DNA from: Nitrosopumilus sp.
GTDB taxonomy: Archaea; Thermoproteota; Nitrososphaeria; Nitrososphaerales; Nitrosopumilaceae
Reading direction: 5' to 3'
DNA: 64,000 nt
NCBI GenBank assembly: GCA_965214775.1
Contig: OZ243974.1
Span: 672,001-736,000, forward strand
Shown one piece after another: positions 49,572 to 59,625 of this stretch (position 1 is its first letter; each line of letters opens with the position of its first letter). Under the pieces are notes generated by a model. It ran no database searches. It was not told the origin of the DNA and saw nothing but the letters and a program-made list of their open reading frames with translations. A program made the position numbers and the translations under genes.

Positions 49572-50957
49572 ATGGAGAAGATCCTAAATGTCAGGCAGCG
49601 CAAAGCTGTTCCTGATTTGCTTTTGTATCGCCTGAAACAAGCAGGCAGCACAGTAGCTAATCTGAAAGGCGACATCACCGCGGGGGACAGGCCACAGCAA
49701 CAATACGGTACTCTGCAGGTTTGGCACAAAAAAAGTGATCTGGATGACTGGATAGCCGGACAGTTACGCCTGCCCTCCTCGCTGTGGGGGCCAAAACGGC
49801 TTTCAAATGATCTGATGAAAATCACACACTCAGAACTTGCAAAGCTGCGCAAAAAAGGGGCCATAGCAGACTGGAGCAGTACGAAACGAACGGCGCTGTT
49901 CCGGCTTGTCAATCCCGACATCGCCGTTATGCGCCCAACAATGACCGGATCAGAGACGGCGCCAGACGCGCCCGCGCAGACTGAACAAGACATGAAAACC
50001 ACGTTTTTGTCCATAATATCAAAATCAAGAAAAGACAACACGTACAAATTTGCCTTGGGAAAAACCCTGCTTGACTATTGCAAAGGCAATCCTCCCACGG
50101 GCCAGACACAAGTAATAACATACGACTATCTTGCAGGGGAGTTTCTCAAGCATTACTGGTATCAGAGATACAAGTTCAGGCTGAAGCAGGATTTTCACAC
50201 CAAAAAGACCCCCAGAATAATAACCATATTGGAACAGACGTTTGGAGAAAACCCCCCGCACAAGTTTGAGGATCTTGATCAAAACGACCTAAGGAAGGCA
50301 AGAGAGGGAATACTCGACAGCGTCTTTGGCCTGGCCAGACAGAAAAAGGGGATGGTAATTCAAAGATTCCAGCGGACAATGGAGGGAAACACGATCCGCG
50401 ACAATACGACGTTCTACGATTACGATGACGAAAAAAGGGAGATAACCCTCAAGCCGAAGGCACACTACTTTTTCAGACAAAACTATGGGTTGCTTACGCG
50501 CGCACTCTTGGCCGAATGGATCAAATATCTTGAGCGGGTAAACCATGGCCTTCCCATGCTTGCAGCCAAGATCGACAACGAGGAGGCAGAACGGGGCTCC
50601 CTTAAACAGTACAGAAACGCATTTTTTGAGTATTCCAAGGACTGTTTTTACTGCAACGGGCGTCTTGAACGGGACTGTATCCATGTGGATCATTTTATTC
50701 CGTGGTCGTATCTGTTTGATAACGACGCGTGGAATCTGGTTTTGGCGTGTCCTTCCTGCAATCTTCAAAAAAGCGATTCCCTGCCGCCAAAGACATTCGT
50801 AGACGAGCTGATCAAGCGCGACTCACAGTATGAGAAGACGATGGAGATGATGCGAAAGTCCCTACTGCGGTTATCCTTCAAGGGACCGTGGGAAAAAGAG
50901 ATTCACAGTCATTATGCAATATGCAAGGAATACGGATTTGGCAGGTGGCAGGTGTGA
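49572..50957 (+). CDS. HNH endonuclease with N-terminal winged-helix-like domain
   Basis: CFYC...HVDHFIPWS...NLVLACPSCNLQKSD HNH; NTYKFAL helical domain; ~130-aa basic N-terminal extension. Confidence 0.88.
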   Translation: MEKILNVRQRKAVPDLLLYRLKQAGSTVANLKGDITAGDRPQQQYGTLQVWHKKSDLDDWIAGQLRLPSSLWGPKRLSNDLMKITHSELAKLRKKGAIADWSSTKRTALFRLVNPDIAVMRPTMTGSETAPDAPAQTEQDMKTTFLSIISKSRKDNTYKFALGKTLLDYCKGNPPTGQTQVITYDYLAGEFLKHYWYQRYKFRLKQDFHTKKTPRIITILEQTFGENPPHKFEDLDQNDLRKAREGILDSVFGLARQKKGMVIQRFQRTMEGNTIRDNTTFYDYDDEKREITLKPKAHYFFRQNYGLLTRALLAEWIKYLERVNHGLPMLAAKIDNEEAERGSLKQYRNAFFEYSKDCFYCNGRLERDCIHVDHFIPWSYLFDNDAWNLVLACPSCNLQKSDSLPPKTFVDELIKRDSQYEKTMEMMRKSLLRLSFKGPWEKEIHSHYAICKEYGFGRWQV

Positions 50958-50975
50958 GGGCTGGTTTTGCATAAC

Positions 50976-51022
50976 AGACTTTGTGTGTTGTAATCGATCC
51001 AGATCTAGGATCATTATGAGCG
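50976..51022. mobile_element. Degenerate left half of MITE family E
   Basis: agactttgtgtgttgtaatcgatccagatctaggatcattatga resembles agaccttatgcgtaatcggtttaaatctaggattattacga at 5636. Confidence 0.5.
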
Positions 51023-51028
51023 CATCAG

Positions 51029-51140
51029 GCCATGCTCAGCATGCACGGATGACGGCAGTAGTAATATGCAGACCACCCGGTCTATGAGATAAAGACAACC
51101 AAGCCATGCTCAGCATGCACGGATGACGGCAGTAGTAATA
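51029..51140. repeat. Perfect 38-bp direct repeat x2 with 36-bp spacer (CRISPR-like geometry, no cas genes)
   Basis: GCCATGCTCAGCATGCACGGATGACGGCAGTAGTAATA at 51029-51066 and 51103-51140. Confidence 0.9.
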
Positions 51141-51194
51141 GCAGCAGCAGTAAAACATGACGCATGAAAGGAAGGTGACCCAATGCATCTTGCT

Positions 51195-52454
51195 TTAGTT
51201 GCTTTGTCCAAGCAGTTCTTTTGCCCTGTTTACCGAAATGTTGCCTTCTTGAATCATCTGCAAAGCTATCCTGTCAATCTGCTCAGCTGATGCGCCTCCT
51301 GCAGATGCCAGATTTCTGGCATGGAGCCTCATGTGGCCTTTCTGAATGCCGTCAGTTGCCAGCGCCCTCATTGCGCCAAAGTTCTGGGCGAGACCTGCAG
51401 CGGCAATGACACAGGCCATTTCTTTGGCAGATCCCACGCCCAGGATTTTGGAGCAGATTTTTGCAACAGGATGAACGTTGATAATTCCACCGACAATTCC
51501 CACAGACAACGGGATTTCCAAAATCCCAACCAGGTTTCCCTCCGAGTCTTTTGTCCATTCTGACAGTGACCTGTATTTTCCTGTTCTTGCTGCATAAGCA
51601 TTTGCGGCAGCCTCGATTGCACGGCTGTCCTGGCCTGTAGCATTTGCAACTGCGATAATTCCGTTCATTATGCCCTTGTTGTGGGTGACGGCCCTGTACA
51701 CATCATGCTTTGCAAATTGATATGCATGAATCATGTCATCTACCACCTTGCTGCCTCCGACAGATTCTTTTTCAAAGACGGCAGATGCCCTGACCATGCG
51801 CCTTGTAGAATAGTTTGATAAAATTCTGAGAAGCGCCTTGCCTCCTGTAATCTTTTCGATTAGCGGAGCCACTCCTTCACACATGGTGTTTGTGACATTG
51901 GCGCCCATCGCATCGCCCACATCAATGAGCAATTCAGCTATAAGCATGGGTTCAAAATCAGTATCAAGCCTTTTGCAGGTGATTTCCTTTGCCCCTTTTC
52001 CCATTTTTGATAGCGTGTTGCTCTTTGAATTTGCAAGTTCTAAGATTTCCTGGGCACTTTCTTTAATTTTAGATATGGCGTTTTGAATATCTGCGTCCAA
52101 AACTTGAATCTGCCCAATGCTGTAAGACTCGCTGACTGTTACATCAAATCCGCCTTTGGGACGAGCAATCTTTGCTGCCTTGGATGCTGCTGCAATTACA
52201 GACGGCTCTTCGGTAACCATGGGAACAAGATAGTCCTTGTTGTTGATTTTGAAGTTTGTGGCCACCCCCAGTGGCAAGGAAAACGTTCCAAATACATTTT
52301 CTGCCATTTTATCGGCTTTCTCAAATGTGATTCCGCCGTCTGGAAGCTCCAGTAACCTGATGTCCCCATCAGAAAGACTGGCAAAGTTTTTGATTGCGTC
52401 TAGTCTTTCTTTCCTGGTTTTTTCAAAAAATTTTGAAATCGACGAGTCAGGCAT
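51195..52454 (-). CDS. hmgA: Class II HMG-CoA reductase
   Basis: ENVFG, EEPSVIAA, DAMGAN, THNKGIMNG, GIQKGHMRLH. Confidence 0.93.
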   Translation of the reverse strand: MPDSSISKFFEKTRKERLDAIKNFASLSDGDIRLLELPDGGITFEKADKMAENVFGTFSLPLGVATNFKINNKDYLVPMVTEEPSVIAAASKAAKIARPKGGFDVTVSESYSIGQIQVLDADIQNAISKIKESAQEILELANSKSNTLSKMGKGAKEITCKRLDTDFEPMLIAELLIDVGDAMGANVTNTMCEGVAPLIEKITGGKALLRILSNYSTRRMVRASAVFEKESVGGSKVVDDMIHAYQFAKHDVYRAVTHNKGIMNGIIAVANATGQDSRAIEAAANAYAARTGKYRSLSEWTKDSEGNLVGILEIPLSVGIVGGIINVHPVAKICSKILGVGSAKEMACVIAAAGLAQNFGAMRALATDGIQKGHMRLHARNLASAGGASAEQIDRIALQMIQEGNISVNRAKELLGQSN

Positions 52455-52455
52455 T

Positions 52456-53565
52456 TTACTTTAATATCCTCAACAATTTGTCATCCATGCTGTCCGGAAA
52501 ACCTTTTCCATCGGTATTTGAAGTAATCACATACAGGCTGCCGTCCTGGCCCTGAACTACGTCACGAACGCGGCCAATTCCACTAAGAACCGACTTTTGG
52601 GAGCTTAGACCCTCTTGAAAGTCCAGTTGATAAAGATTGGAGGCCCTCATTGATGCCATGATAAACGGAGACTCAAAGTCAAGTCGGTCTCCAGAATAGA
52701 ACAGAATTCCTCCAGGCTCAATGCTTGGATCATAGCAGAGAACTGCGTTTTCAAACTTTTCGTTTCCCGAACATTCTTGTTCAGGCCAGCCATAGTTCCT
52801 TCCAGGCTGAACCAGGTTGATCTCGTCATTTTTTTCAGGCCCAAGTTCTGCCACCAGCATGTTTCCGTTTGAATCCCAGGTCATTCCCTGAGGATTTCTG
52901 TGGCCCAGAGAGTAGACGGGGGAACCTTTCCAAGGATTGTCATCAGGTACTGTTCCGTCATCGTTTAGCCGCAAAATTTTCCCTGCCAGTGAACCAAGTT
53001 CTTGTGGAAGATGCGATGCGTCAGAAACAGTCCCGGTTCCAGCATACAGTTTGTTGTCTGGTCCGAACTTTAAAAATCCCCCATTTGTAAACTGTGATCC
53101 AGGAATCCTGTCAATAATTGTTTTTGCATCCTGCAATTTGTTGTTTGATTCAGTAATTCTGACGATCTTGTTCCATAGTTGTCCGTCTTCTTGATATGTA
53201 GTATAGACATAGATGAGACTGTTATTAGAAAAGTCGGGATGCAATGCCATGCCAAGCAGCCCTGCATCAAACGCATCCACAGTCCTAAAAGTTGCAAGGG
53301 GGGATTCCAGCAAGACTCTGTCTTCTATCACCCTAATCAAGCCGTCCTTCTCAGTTACAAATACTCTGTTTTCGTGTACGGCAATGGCTCGGGGCTTGTC
53401 CAAGTTGGTTGCCAAAATGGCCACAGAACCACCATCCGGATTTGAGTCAGGCTCGGGCAACGGGATGGGATCTGAGGGGGATGTCAAAACAAATATTGAA
53501 AATATTGCGGCCATTGCTATTGCTCCAACCTGTATTCGTTTGTCCACAGGAAAACGATTTTTCAA
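52456..53565 (-). CDS. PQQ-dependent sugar dehydrogenase-family protein (membrane-anchored)
   Basis: GLLGMALHPDF, FGPDNKLY, LAGKILRL, GHRNPQG, GRVRDV. Confidence 0.9.
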   Translation of the reverse strand: MKNRFPVDKRIQVGAIAMAAIFSIFVLTSPSDPIPLPEPDSNPDGGSVAILATNLDKPRAIAVHENRVFVTEKDGLIRVIEDRVLLESPLATFRTVDAFDAGLLGMALHPDFSNNSLIYVYTTYQEDGQLWNKIVRITESNNKLQDAKTIIDRIPGSQFTNGGFLKFGPDNKLYAGTGTVSDASHLPQELGSLAGKILRLNDDGTVPDDNPWKGSPVYSLGHRNPQGMTWDSNGNMLVAELGPEKNDEINLVQPGRNYGWPEQECSGNEKFENAVLCYDPSIEPGGILFYSGDRLDFESPFIMASMRASNLYQLDFQEGLSSQKSVLSGIGRVRDVVQGQDGSLYVITSNTDGKGFPDSMDDKLLRILK

Positions 53566-54930
53566 ATCATATTAATTTGCTTTCAGGAGTTCAGCCAAAT
53601 GAGATGTGAGTGGATTGTCGTTTTTATCTTGGCGGTGGGCGTAGTTTGAGGCGTCGTGTTTCTTGCCCAGACTTTGTTTTTGCCTAGTTTTTTTGGCACA
53701 CTTCTTAGCTGGAGCTTGAGGCTGTCCGAATTGGTTCCATAGTTGGTTGATCCATCTTTGCCCAAATGCAGTCAGTTTCAGGCGCAACACTAGACATTTT
53801 TGGGCATTTGGCAGTTCAGAAGGCTGAAATCGCGCAAGCGGCAGCACAGATATGCACGTAGCATTCGTATTTGCAAAGCGGCATTTTGCACGCATGAATG
53901 CCATACTACTACTGTTGGAACAAACAAACAATGAAAGAGGTTCACGCGATTTGTTAGAACGGTGTCAATAATGGGATTCATCAAATTTTCCACATATGAG
54001 AATTAAATAAAGGCATGAAAACGAGCGCCTGCTCCAATTTTGATTCTTGCTTGAAGCAGAGTATCGGCGGGGTTGCTGAAAAATACCAGGGAATTAAAAA
54101 GGCATAGAAAAACATGGTAAAAATAATTCCGGAATACAACATGGCAGATCCCCGGAAAGATTGTGAATGGATTTGTGACAATCATTTTGCGGACAGAATG
54201 AATGGTGGCATTTGCCATCAAGCCAGATTAAGATGGCACTGAAAGATGGAAGAAAATCGGGATGGAGAAAAATGAATGTCAGATAACATGGGAGAAATGA
54301 AAAATCATTGCGTCATTACACAGATGCTTTTTGTATTTACGAACCGCATATAGGACATGACTAGAAAGAATTAACAGGGCACATGCAAGTGCAGCCTTTT
54401 GAGCCTTGGAGTAAGTTTGTCATCATCATACAAGGGGGAGATCCTCCAATCATCTTAAGACACAGGACAATCCTGTCAAAATCATAACGATATGTCGATC
54501 ATACCAACCAGCTGGAGGATTCATATCTTTGGATGCACACAGTGTCACCGATGGCGTATGTGTATCAGATGTCGGTAATGTGTGCCCTGCATAATTGGCA
54601 ATTTGCCAATGAAACTTTTTTTGAAAATCAGGATATGATATTGCAGACAATCTCACACTGGAAGACAAGTTCATTGTCAAGTTTGCCACAATATGGTTGA
54701 TAAGACCTGACAAACTGCATATTCCGGTGATTTTGTTTTTCCATGGATGACAGCAGGAGTATGGTGACAATTAAAAGGTCTTGAACACATGGGACGGACT
54801 ACGCAGGAGGATATTTTTTGATGATCAAAGACTTTCAATTGTCACTAGTTTTACCATTATGGGATTTTTCAAACAAGCCATAAGTATCAGAAGGGCCAAA
54901 CGTCAAACAGAAACTTTAGAAATAAAACTC

Positions 54931-55023
54931 GCCGGTATGGCTCAGCAGTTAGAGTACGGGTTCGATAAGCTCAAACCCGATACCTTCGGATTTGCGGATT
55001 CGATCCTCTCTCCTCCCCCGCCA
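54931..55023 (+). pseudogene. Degenerate tRNA-like sequence
   Basis: GCCGGTATGGCTCAGCAGTTAGAGT 5' and D arm, CGGGT/ACCCG stem, TTCGATCC, ends in CCA; acceptor stem does not pair fully. Confidence 0.35.
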
Positions 55024-55224
55024 CTACGGGTTTGCGACTTTCATTACAAAAATACCTAATAAAATCTACCAACAGTCAATCTCGCGCCTGAAAGATAAAA
55101 CCCTCCCTCACCCCAATAGTGCCCAGCATCTTCAGTTACAAATCAATCATTCTTGTTACAAAATGGGCATGATGCTAAAGTTGTTATTCATTACGTATAT
55201 ACGGCCAGGATCCAATCCTGATTC

Positions 55225-55299
55225 AGCGGGGTGGGGAAGCCAGGTCATCCCGGCGGGCTCATAACCCGCAGTTCAGTAGTTCAAATCTACTCCCCGCTA
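55225..55299 (+). tRNA. Initiator tRNA-Met(CAT)
   Basis: A1-U72 acceptor AGCGGGG/CCCCGCT; GCGGG-CTCATAA-CCCGC with three G-C pairs. Confidence 0.95.
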
Positions 55300-55309
55300 T
55301 TCTGACTTG

Positions 55310-56626
55310 CTAACTAATTGAAAACCATGACGAATTCTCAAACTCCGTATTGTTTTTAATCCCGGCCCGCTGGGCGGGCCTAGTCAGATGTCTGTGGGCA
55401 GAAATGACAGGCAGGTATGATTTTTTTTTCAAATCCCTTGTTTGCTCCAAAACGACTTTGTTTTTTGATTTTCTGCCGCACATGACACATTGAAACCCCT
55501 GGTTTTTTCCCTTGGACTTCATGTTTTTTTGACAGTCCTTGCAAAAGGGATTCCTGAGAATCAGCTCCCTTTCCAGATGCAGAATTTTGATGAACTCCAA
55601 ATTCAGTGTTCTGGGATAAAGTTTCGAGGACTTTCTGACTCCCCCTCCTACAAGCAGCTTGTCTCCCTTGATTAGTTTTGATGCCACAGGTGTCATTCCC
55701 GTCGGCCTGTACACCATGCAGTTAATTTCAAAGTTTTTTGAGTTTATTTTAAAAAATACGTGTCCGCCTTTGGCAATCTTTGGCGAGCTAGACACGGTTC
55801 CAAGCAATTTTCCAGACGAATACGGTTTCAAGTTTCCGGGATTTAGATCATTTTTTAAGTGATCTCCCGTTCCTTGGTTTGATTTAAAGATCATGTATCC
55901 GCCTAACTTTTCATCTGTCTTTATCATCTTGGAAGCCAATAGCAAGGAATCAACATCCTCGCCGCGAATTCCATAAAATACAGGATCAGGCCCGTGAGGC
56001 GCAATAAGAACACGGTTCTTTTTCGCATCAAAACTGTTGAATGTTTTTGGCAAAGTTTTCTCATGCATTGATTTTACGCTTTGGGCAGAGATGTTTCTCG
56101 GAGTGCCAAACTTTGATTGCTTTCTATAGCTTAGCAACTCCAAAGTGCTGTCATCAAATTCATATCCAATTGCACCAATTGCACCAACCAGTCCCTGCCC
56201 GTTGCCATGATAAAAAAACTCCAGATTGTTTTTTTTGGCAAATTTTTTTGCATTGTTCCGGCTGACTAGTTGCCACAGGGCCAAGTTGCTAAACTCAGAA
56301 AAATCCTTTGGGATTTGATCACTTTGAAAAAACACCAGGCCCGGGTTTGCGCCGTTTTTGACATCAGAATACTTGGAGACCAGTTTTTTGATCTCGCGCT
56401 TGATTTTTTTTGGATTCCTTGTTTTGACTCGAAGTGAGACTGCGCCGTTGCCACGGGTCTTCCACGGGATGTTCGGATTAAGCCGGATTAGACGCGGATA
56501 GTCAACAAATTCTGTCTTTTGCTTACGAAGCAAATCCACAATCTTGAATGCAAGAAACGTCGTACACATTCCCTTTGGGGAATCAGTATCATCAAATCCA
56601 ATGTTTAGAACGGTTTGGTTTGGCAT
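55310..56626 (-). CDS. tiaS: tRNA(Ile2) agmatidine synthetase
   Basis: GFDDTDSPKGMCTT, LNPNIPWKTRGN, PDPVFYGIRG, SNQGT, C-terminal zinc ribbon and RHLTRP. Confidence 0.94.
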   Translation of the reverse strand: MPNQTVLNIGFDDTDSPKGMCTTFLAFKIVDLLRKQKTEFVDYPRLIRLNPNIPWKTRGNGAVSLRVKTRNPKKIKREIKKLVSKYSDVKNGANPGLVFFQSDQIPKDFSEFSNLALWQLVSRNNAKKFAKKNNLEFFYHGNGQGLVGAIGAIGYEFDDSTLELLSYRKQSKFGTPRNISAQSVKSMHEKTLPKTFNSFDAKKNRVLIAPHGPDPVFYGIRGEDVDSLLLASKMIKTDEKLGGYMIFKSNQGTGDHLKNDLNPGNLKPYSSGKLLGTVSSSPKIAKGGHVFFKINSKNFEINCMVYRPTGMTPVASKLIKGDKLLVGGGVRKSSKLYPRTLNLEFIKILHLERELILRNPFCKDCQKNMKSKGKNQGFQCVMCGRKSKNKVVLEQTRDLKKKSYLPVISAHRHLTRPAQRAGIKNNTEFENSSWFSIS

Positions 56627-56709
56627 GATTCATCACCGAGATATCAGGCATTTTTACTTGTTGTCAGGTTCCGTTGATTTAAATTAATAAGGCCAGATTC
56701 CAAGCTGAG

Positions 56710-57705
56710 TTGATCATAGTTGATGAGAAGAGAATATTCAGGGAAATTGAAGAAAAAAAGCCCGCCTCTGTCTCGCTGAACGGTCCTGACGGGATTTTGC
56801 CCCAGGTTCAGGCAACAGCCACAAGGATCTCCAAGAGATATGGAATTCCAGCCTATGTTCTAGCTGATACAACATGGGGAACATGTGATCTGAATTCAAA
56901 CGGTTCTAAAGTATTAGGAGCTGAAATACAGTTCAACATAGGCCATACCGTCAATACAGAGTCGCTAGGAAAAAATTTGGTGCTAGTTGACGCATTTGAT
57001 GACGTGGAGTTTGACAGTGTGGCAAAGAGATGCAGGGAAATTCTCCATGGAAAAACAATTTCGTTGGTAACTGACAGCCAACATTTGCACCAAGTTGACA
57101 GGGTTGAAAAAATTTTGACGGATTCTGGAATCAGAGTAAAGATTGGAAAGGGAAAGGGGCAGCTAAGTGACGGGCAGGTCTTTGGTTGTGAATTTTATCC
57201 GGCAGCAGAATTAAAAAAAGAGGTTGACGCTTATGTCTTCTTGGGACAGAGCAACTTCCACGCATCCGGAATTGCGTTATCAACCAACCTGCCCACTTAT
57301 GTTTTAGATCCGTACTTTAACGAGGTAAGGGAAATAACTGACTTTGCCCAGAAACTGAAAAAGAAAGCAACGCTGGCAATCTACAAGGCTGCAGAAGCAA
57401 AAACCTTTGGAGTAATCGTAGGACTAAAAGAAGGGCAGCTATCCAAGGTGTTTGCGCTAAAAATCAAGAGGGAGTTGGAAAGAGAGGGAAAAGAGGTCCA
57501 GTTGTTTGCCCTAACAGACATCACCAACGAGAGATTGCAGAACTTGAAGGGAATTGATGCGTTTGTGCAAGTGGCATGTCCAAGAATTTCAACGGATAAC
57601 CACTTTGACAAACCCGTCTTATCCACCCCACAAGCCAATGCATTGCTGAAAGTCCTAAGAAACGAAAGCATTGACGGATACCTGGAAATTCCTCACTGGC
57701 TTTAA
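56710..57705 (+). CDS. dph2: Diphthamide biosynthesis enzyme Dph2
   Basis: WGTCD, GQVFGC, FH, KEGQ, ACPRI. Confidence 0.92.
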   Translation: MIIVDEKRIFREIEEKKPASVSLNGPDGILPQVQATATRISKRYGIPAYVLADTTWGTCDLNSNGSKVLGAEIQFNIGHTVNTESLGKNLVLVDAFDDVEFDSVAKRCREILHGKTISLVTDSQHLHQVDRVEKILTDSGIRVKIGKGKGQLSDGQVFGCEFYPAAELKKEVDAYVFLGQSNFHASGIALSTNLPTYVLDPYFNEVREITDFAQKLKKKATLAIYKAAEAKTFGVIVGLKEGQLSKVFALKIKRELEREGKEVQLFALTDITNERLQNLKGIDAFVQVACPRISTDNHFDKPVLSTPQANALLKVLRNESIDGYLEIPHWL

Positions 57706-57943
57706 CCAGAGATTGATTCCTGAAGTCTTGAATTTCCAATCAGCAGATGTCCAAAGCGTTTTGATCTGGCAGTATGCTCCCAAGTCTCGGGTTTTGAATT
57801 ATGACAAATTCAAGGGTTCGGAGAGATTCGTTGGTTTCAGGATTCATTGCCAGACTGCAGGATTTCTCAAAGCACGTCCTAGTTTTCGGATAGCATTTCA
57901 GGATTTTATCGCAGCGTTGGACGGATTTCGCATATCTTTCCAT
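57706..57943 (-). pseudogene. Decayed TPR-protein C-terminal fragment
   Basis: YAKSVQRCDKILKCYPK...FEKSCSLAM...ESLRTLEFVIIQNP resembles a terminal TPR helix pair; in-frame stop follows. Confidence 0.35.
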
Positions 57944-58103
57944 TGAAAAAAGTGATCGCCCTGATACAGTACAATGATGTGCATCAGGCCACTGTCCACG
58001 ACCCTCTGCCTGTTGTTCTGCCATCATCCCGTGCCCGGGCCTAGCCCATTTGCTTCATCATCCAAAAGGAAGCTAACTTTTGGATCACTTACCATCATCA
58101 AGG

Positions 58104-59180
58104 TCACAGATTCGGTTTCATGATGATTTTTCCAAACATGCCCTTCCCTTTGAGCATCCGGGTGTGTGCCTCTGCTGCCCTCTCCAGCGGATATTCAGAA
58201 TCAATAACAGACTTTATCCTTCCTTGGGACATCCAGAACAACCCTTGTTCCAATTCTGCTCTTGTCCCTTGGGTTGAACCTAAAATGCTGATTCCCTTAA
58301 AGAAGATATGGCGCAGGTCGGTTTTTGCCATATAGCCAGTCGTAGCCCCGGTTGTAACAATTGTTCCACCGTAGTTGAGCATGGCCAACTCCTTGTTCCA
58401 ATGAGAACCGCCAATATGTTCAAAAATTACGTCGACTCCGGCAACGTCTCCATATGGTTTTGGAAGTTTCTTGGCAATGAAATCGACCTCTTTGTGCCAG
58501 TCCTCTTTTCTGTGATCAACGGCATAATCTGCACCAAGTTCAAGCAATCTGCCAAGCTTGTCCGGACTTGCAGTTGCAATTACCGTGCAGCCAAACAGTT
58601 TTGCAATTTGAATTCCATAATTCCCAACGCCGGAGCCTCCCCCCATAATGAGCACTGCCTGTCCGGGCCGGATCTTTGCGCGTCCAACTAGCATGTGCCA
58701 AGACGTAAGAAGCGTCATTGACGCTGCAGCTGCCTGCTCATATGAGATGTTTTCTGGAATCCTTACTACGTTGACTTCTGGCAGATGTGTTTTTTCACAA
58801 TACCCTCCCCAGAGCGGACCGGTTTCAAATCCCCAGACCTTTCTTTGTTTGCAGTCGTATTCCCTTCCGCTTGTGCAACGCCTACAAACCCTGCAAGACA
58901 TGTTTCCGTGAGAGACAACCCTGTCGCCGACCTTGAAATTTTTAACGTCGCCCCCTACAGCAGTGACTTTGCCTGCAGCATCGGTGCCAGAGATGTGCGG
59001 CAGGGGAACCGCCAGGGGCTTTCCCCTCATTGCCCAAATATCATCATAGTTTAGGGCTGCTGCCTCGACCCTAAAAACAACCTCGTTAGGCTTTGGAACA
59101 GGTTCAGGAAGATCCTTGATTTGTAAAATTTTTGAATAATCGTCATCTGTTGCATATTCATCATATACCAGGGCCTTCAT
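58104..59180 (-). CDS. Zinc-binding medium-chain dehydrogenase/reductase
   Basis: ALNYDD, GTDAAG, CRVCRRC...C structural Zn, GGGSGVG, GKII. Confidence 0.9.
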   Translation of the reverse strand: MKALVYDEYATDDDYSKILQIKDLPEPVPKPNEVVFRVEAAALNYDDIWAMRGKPLAVPLPHISGTDAAGKVTAVGGDVKNFKVGDRVVSHGNMSCRVCRRCTSGREYDCKQRKVWGFETGPLWGGYCEKTHLPEVNVVRIPENISYEQAAAASMTLLTSWHMLVGRAKIRPGQAVLIMGGGSGVGNYGIQIAKLFGCTVIATASPDKLGRLLELGADYAVDHRKEDWHKEVDFIAKKLPKPYGDVAGVDVIFEHIGGSHWNKELAMLNYGGTIVTTGATTGYMAKTDLRHIFFKGISILGSTQGTRAELEQGLFWMSQGRIKSVIDSEYPLERAAEAHTRMLKGKGMFGKIIMKPNL

Positions 59181-59218
59181 CGTTTGTCCACAATTTTTTA
59201 GGGATATATGATTTGCCA

Positions 59219-59355
59219 GAGAGGTGAACTGAAATTAGAAGCCGTGCGGATTTCTCAGGTGATTTCACAGGTGATTTGTGTTTTGTTTTTTTTTGATCTG
59301 CTTTATGCAAATTCGCTTGCAAATGATCAGAACTGCCGATTTCGAACCAACTCCC
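59219..59355 (+). mobile_element. MITE family A copy
   Basis: gagaggtgaactgaaattagaagccg...gccgatttcgaaccaactccc. Confidence 0.85.
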
Positions 59356-59625
59356 AGGATCAAAGTACGGGGTCATCCCTCCTCAAACAGCTAGGGGCAA
59401 ACTGGCATGCAGATGTGGTTTTCATGCTCGGCCATAAAGGGGATGTGGCCTCGTACGGATCAGATACAGTCAAGTGAAACGCAAATGGGATCGTTGCTTT
59501 TGCATTGCTGTTGGGGCGTCGTGCACCATGCCCGGTTTCTGTTTGTGCTTGGTTTTTTTGGCACATTTCACTCAGCTAGCTGGAATGCCATAAACAATTA
59601 TAATCACAGAGTCAAAAACCACTAC

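Noticed and set aside
51029-51140. Calling this a bona fide CRISPR array
   Set aside because: Only two repeats, no leader and no cas genes seen; kept as a repeat and a hypothesis.
59407-59625. 73-aa N-terminal extension of Csl4 in the ORF track
   Set aside because: Chance open frame; the conserved protein starts at MSENA after a TATA-like ATTATAA.
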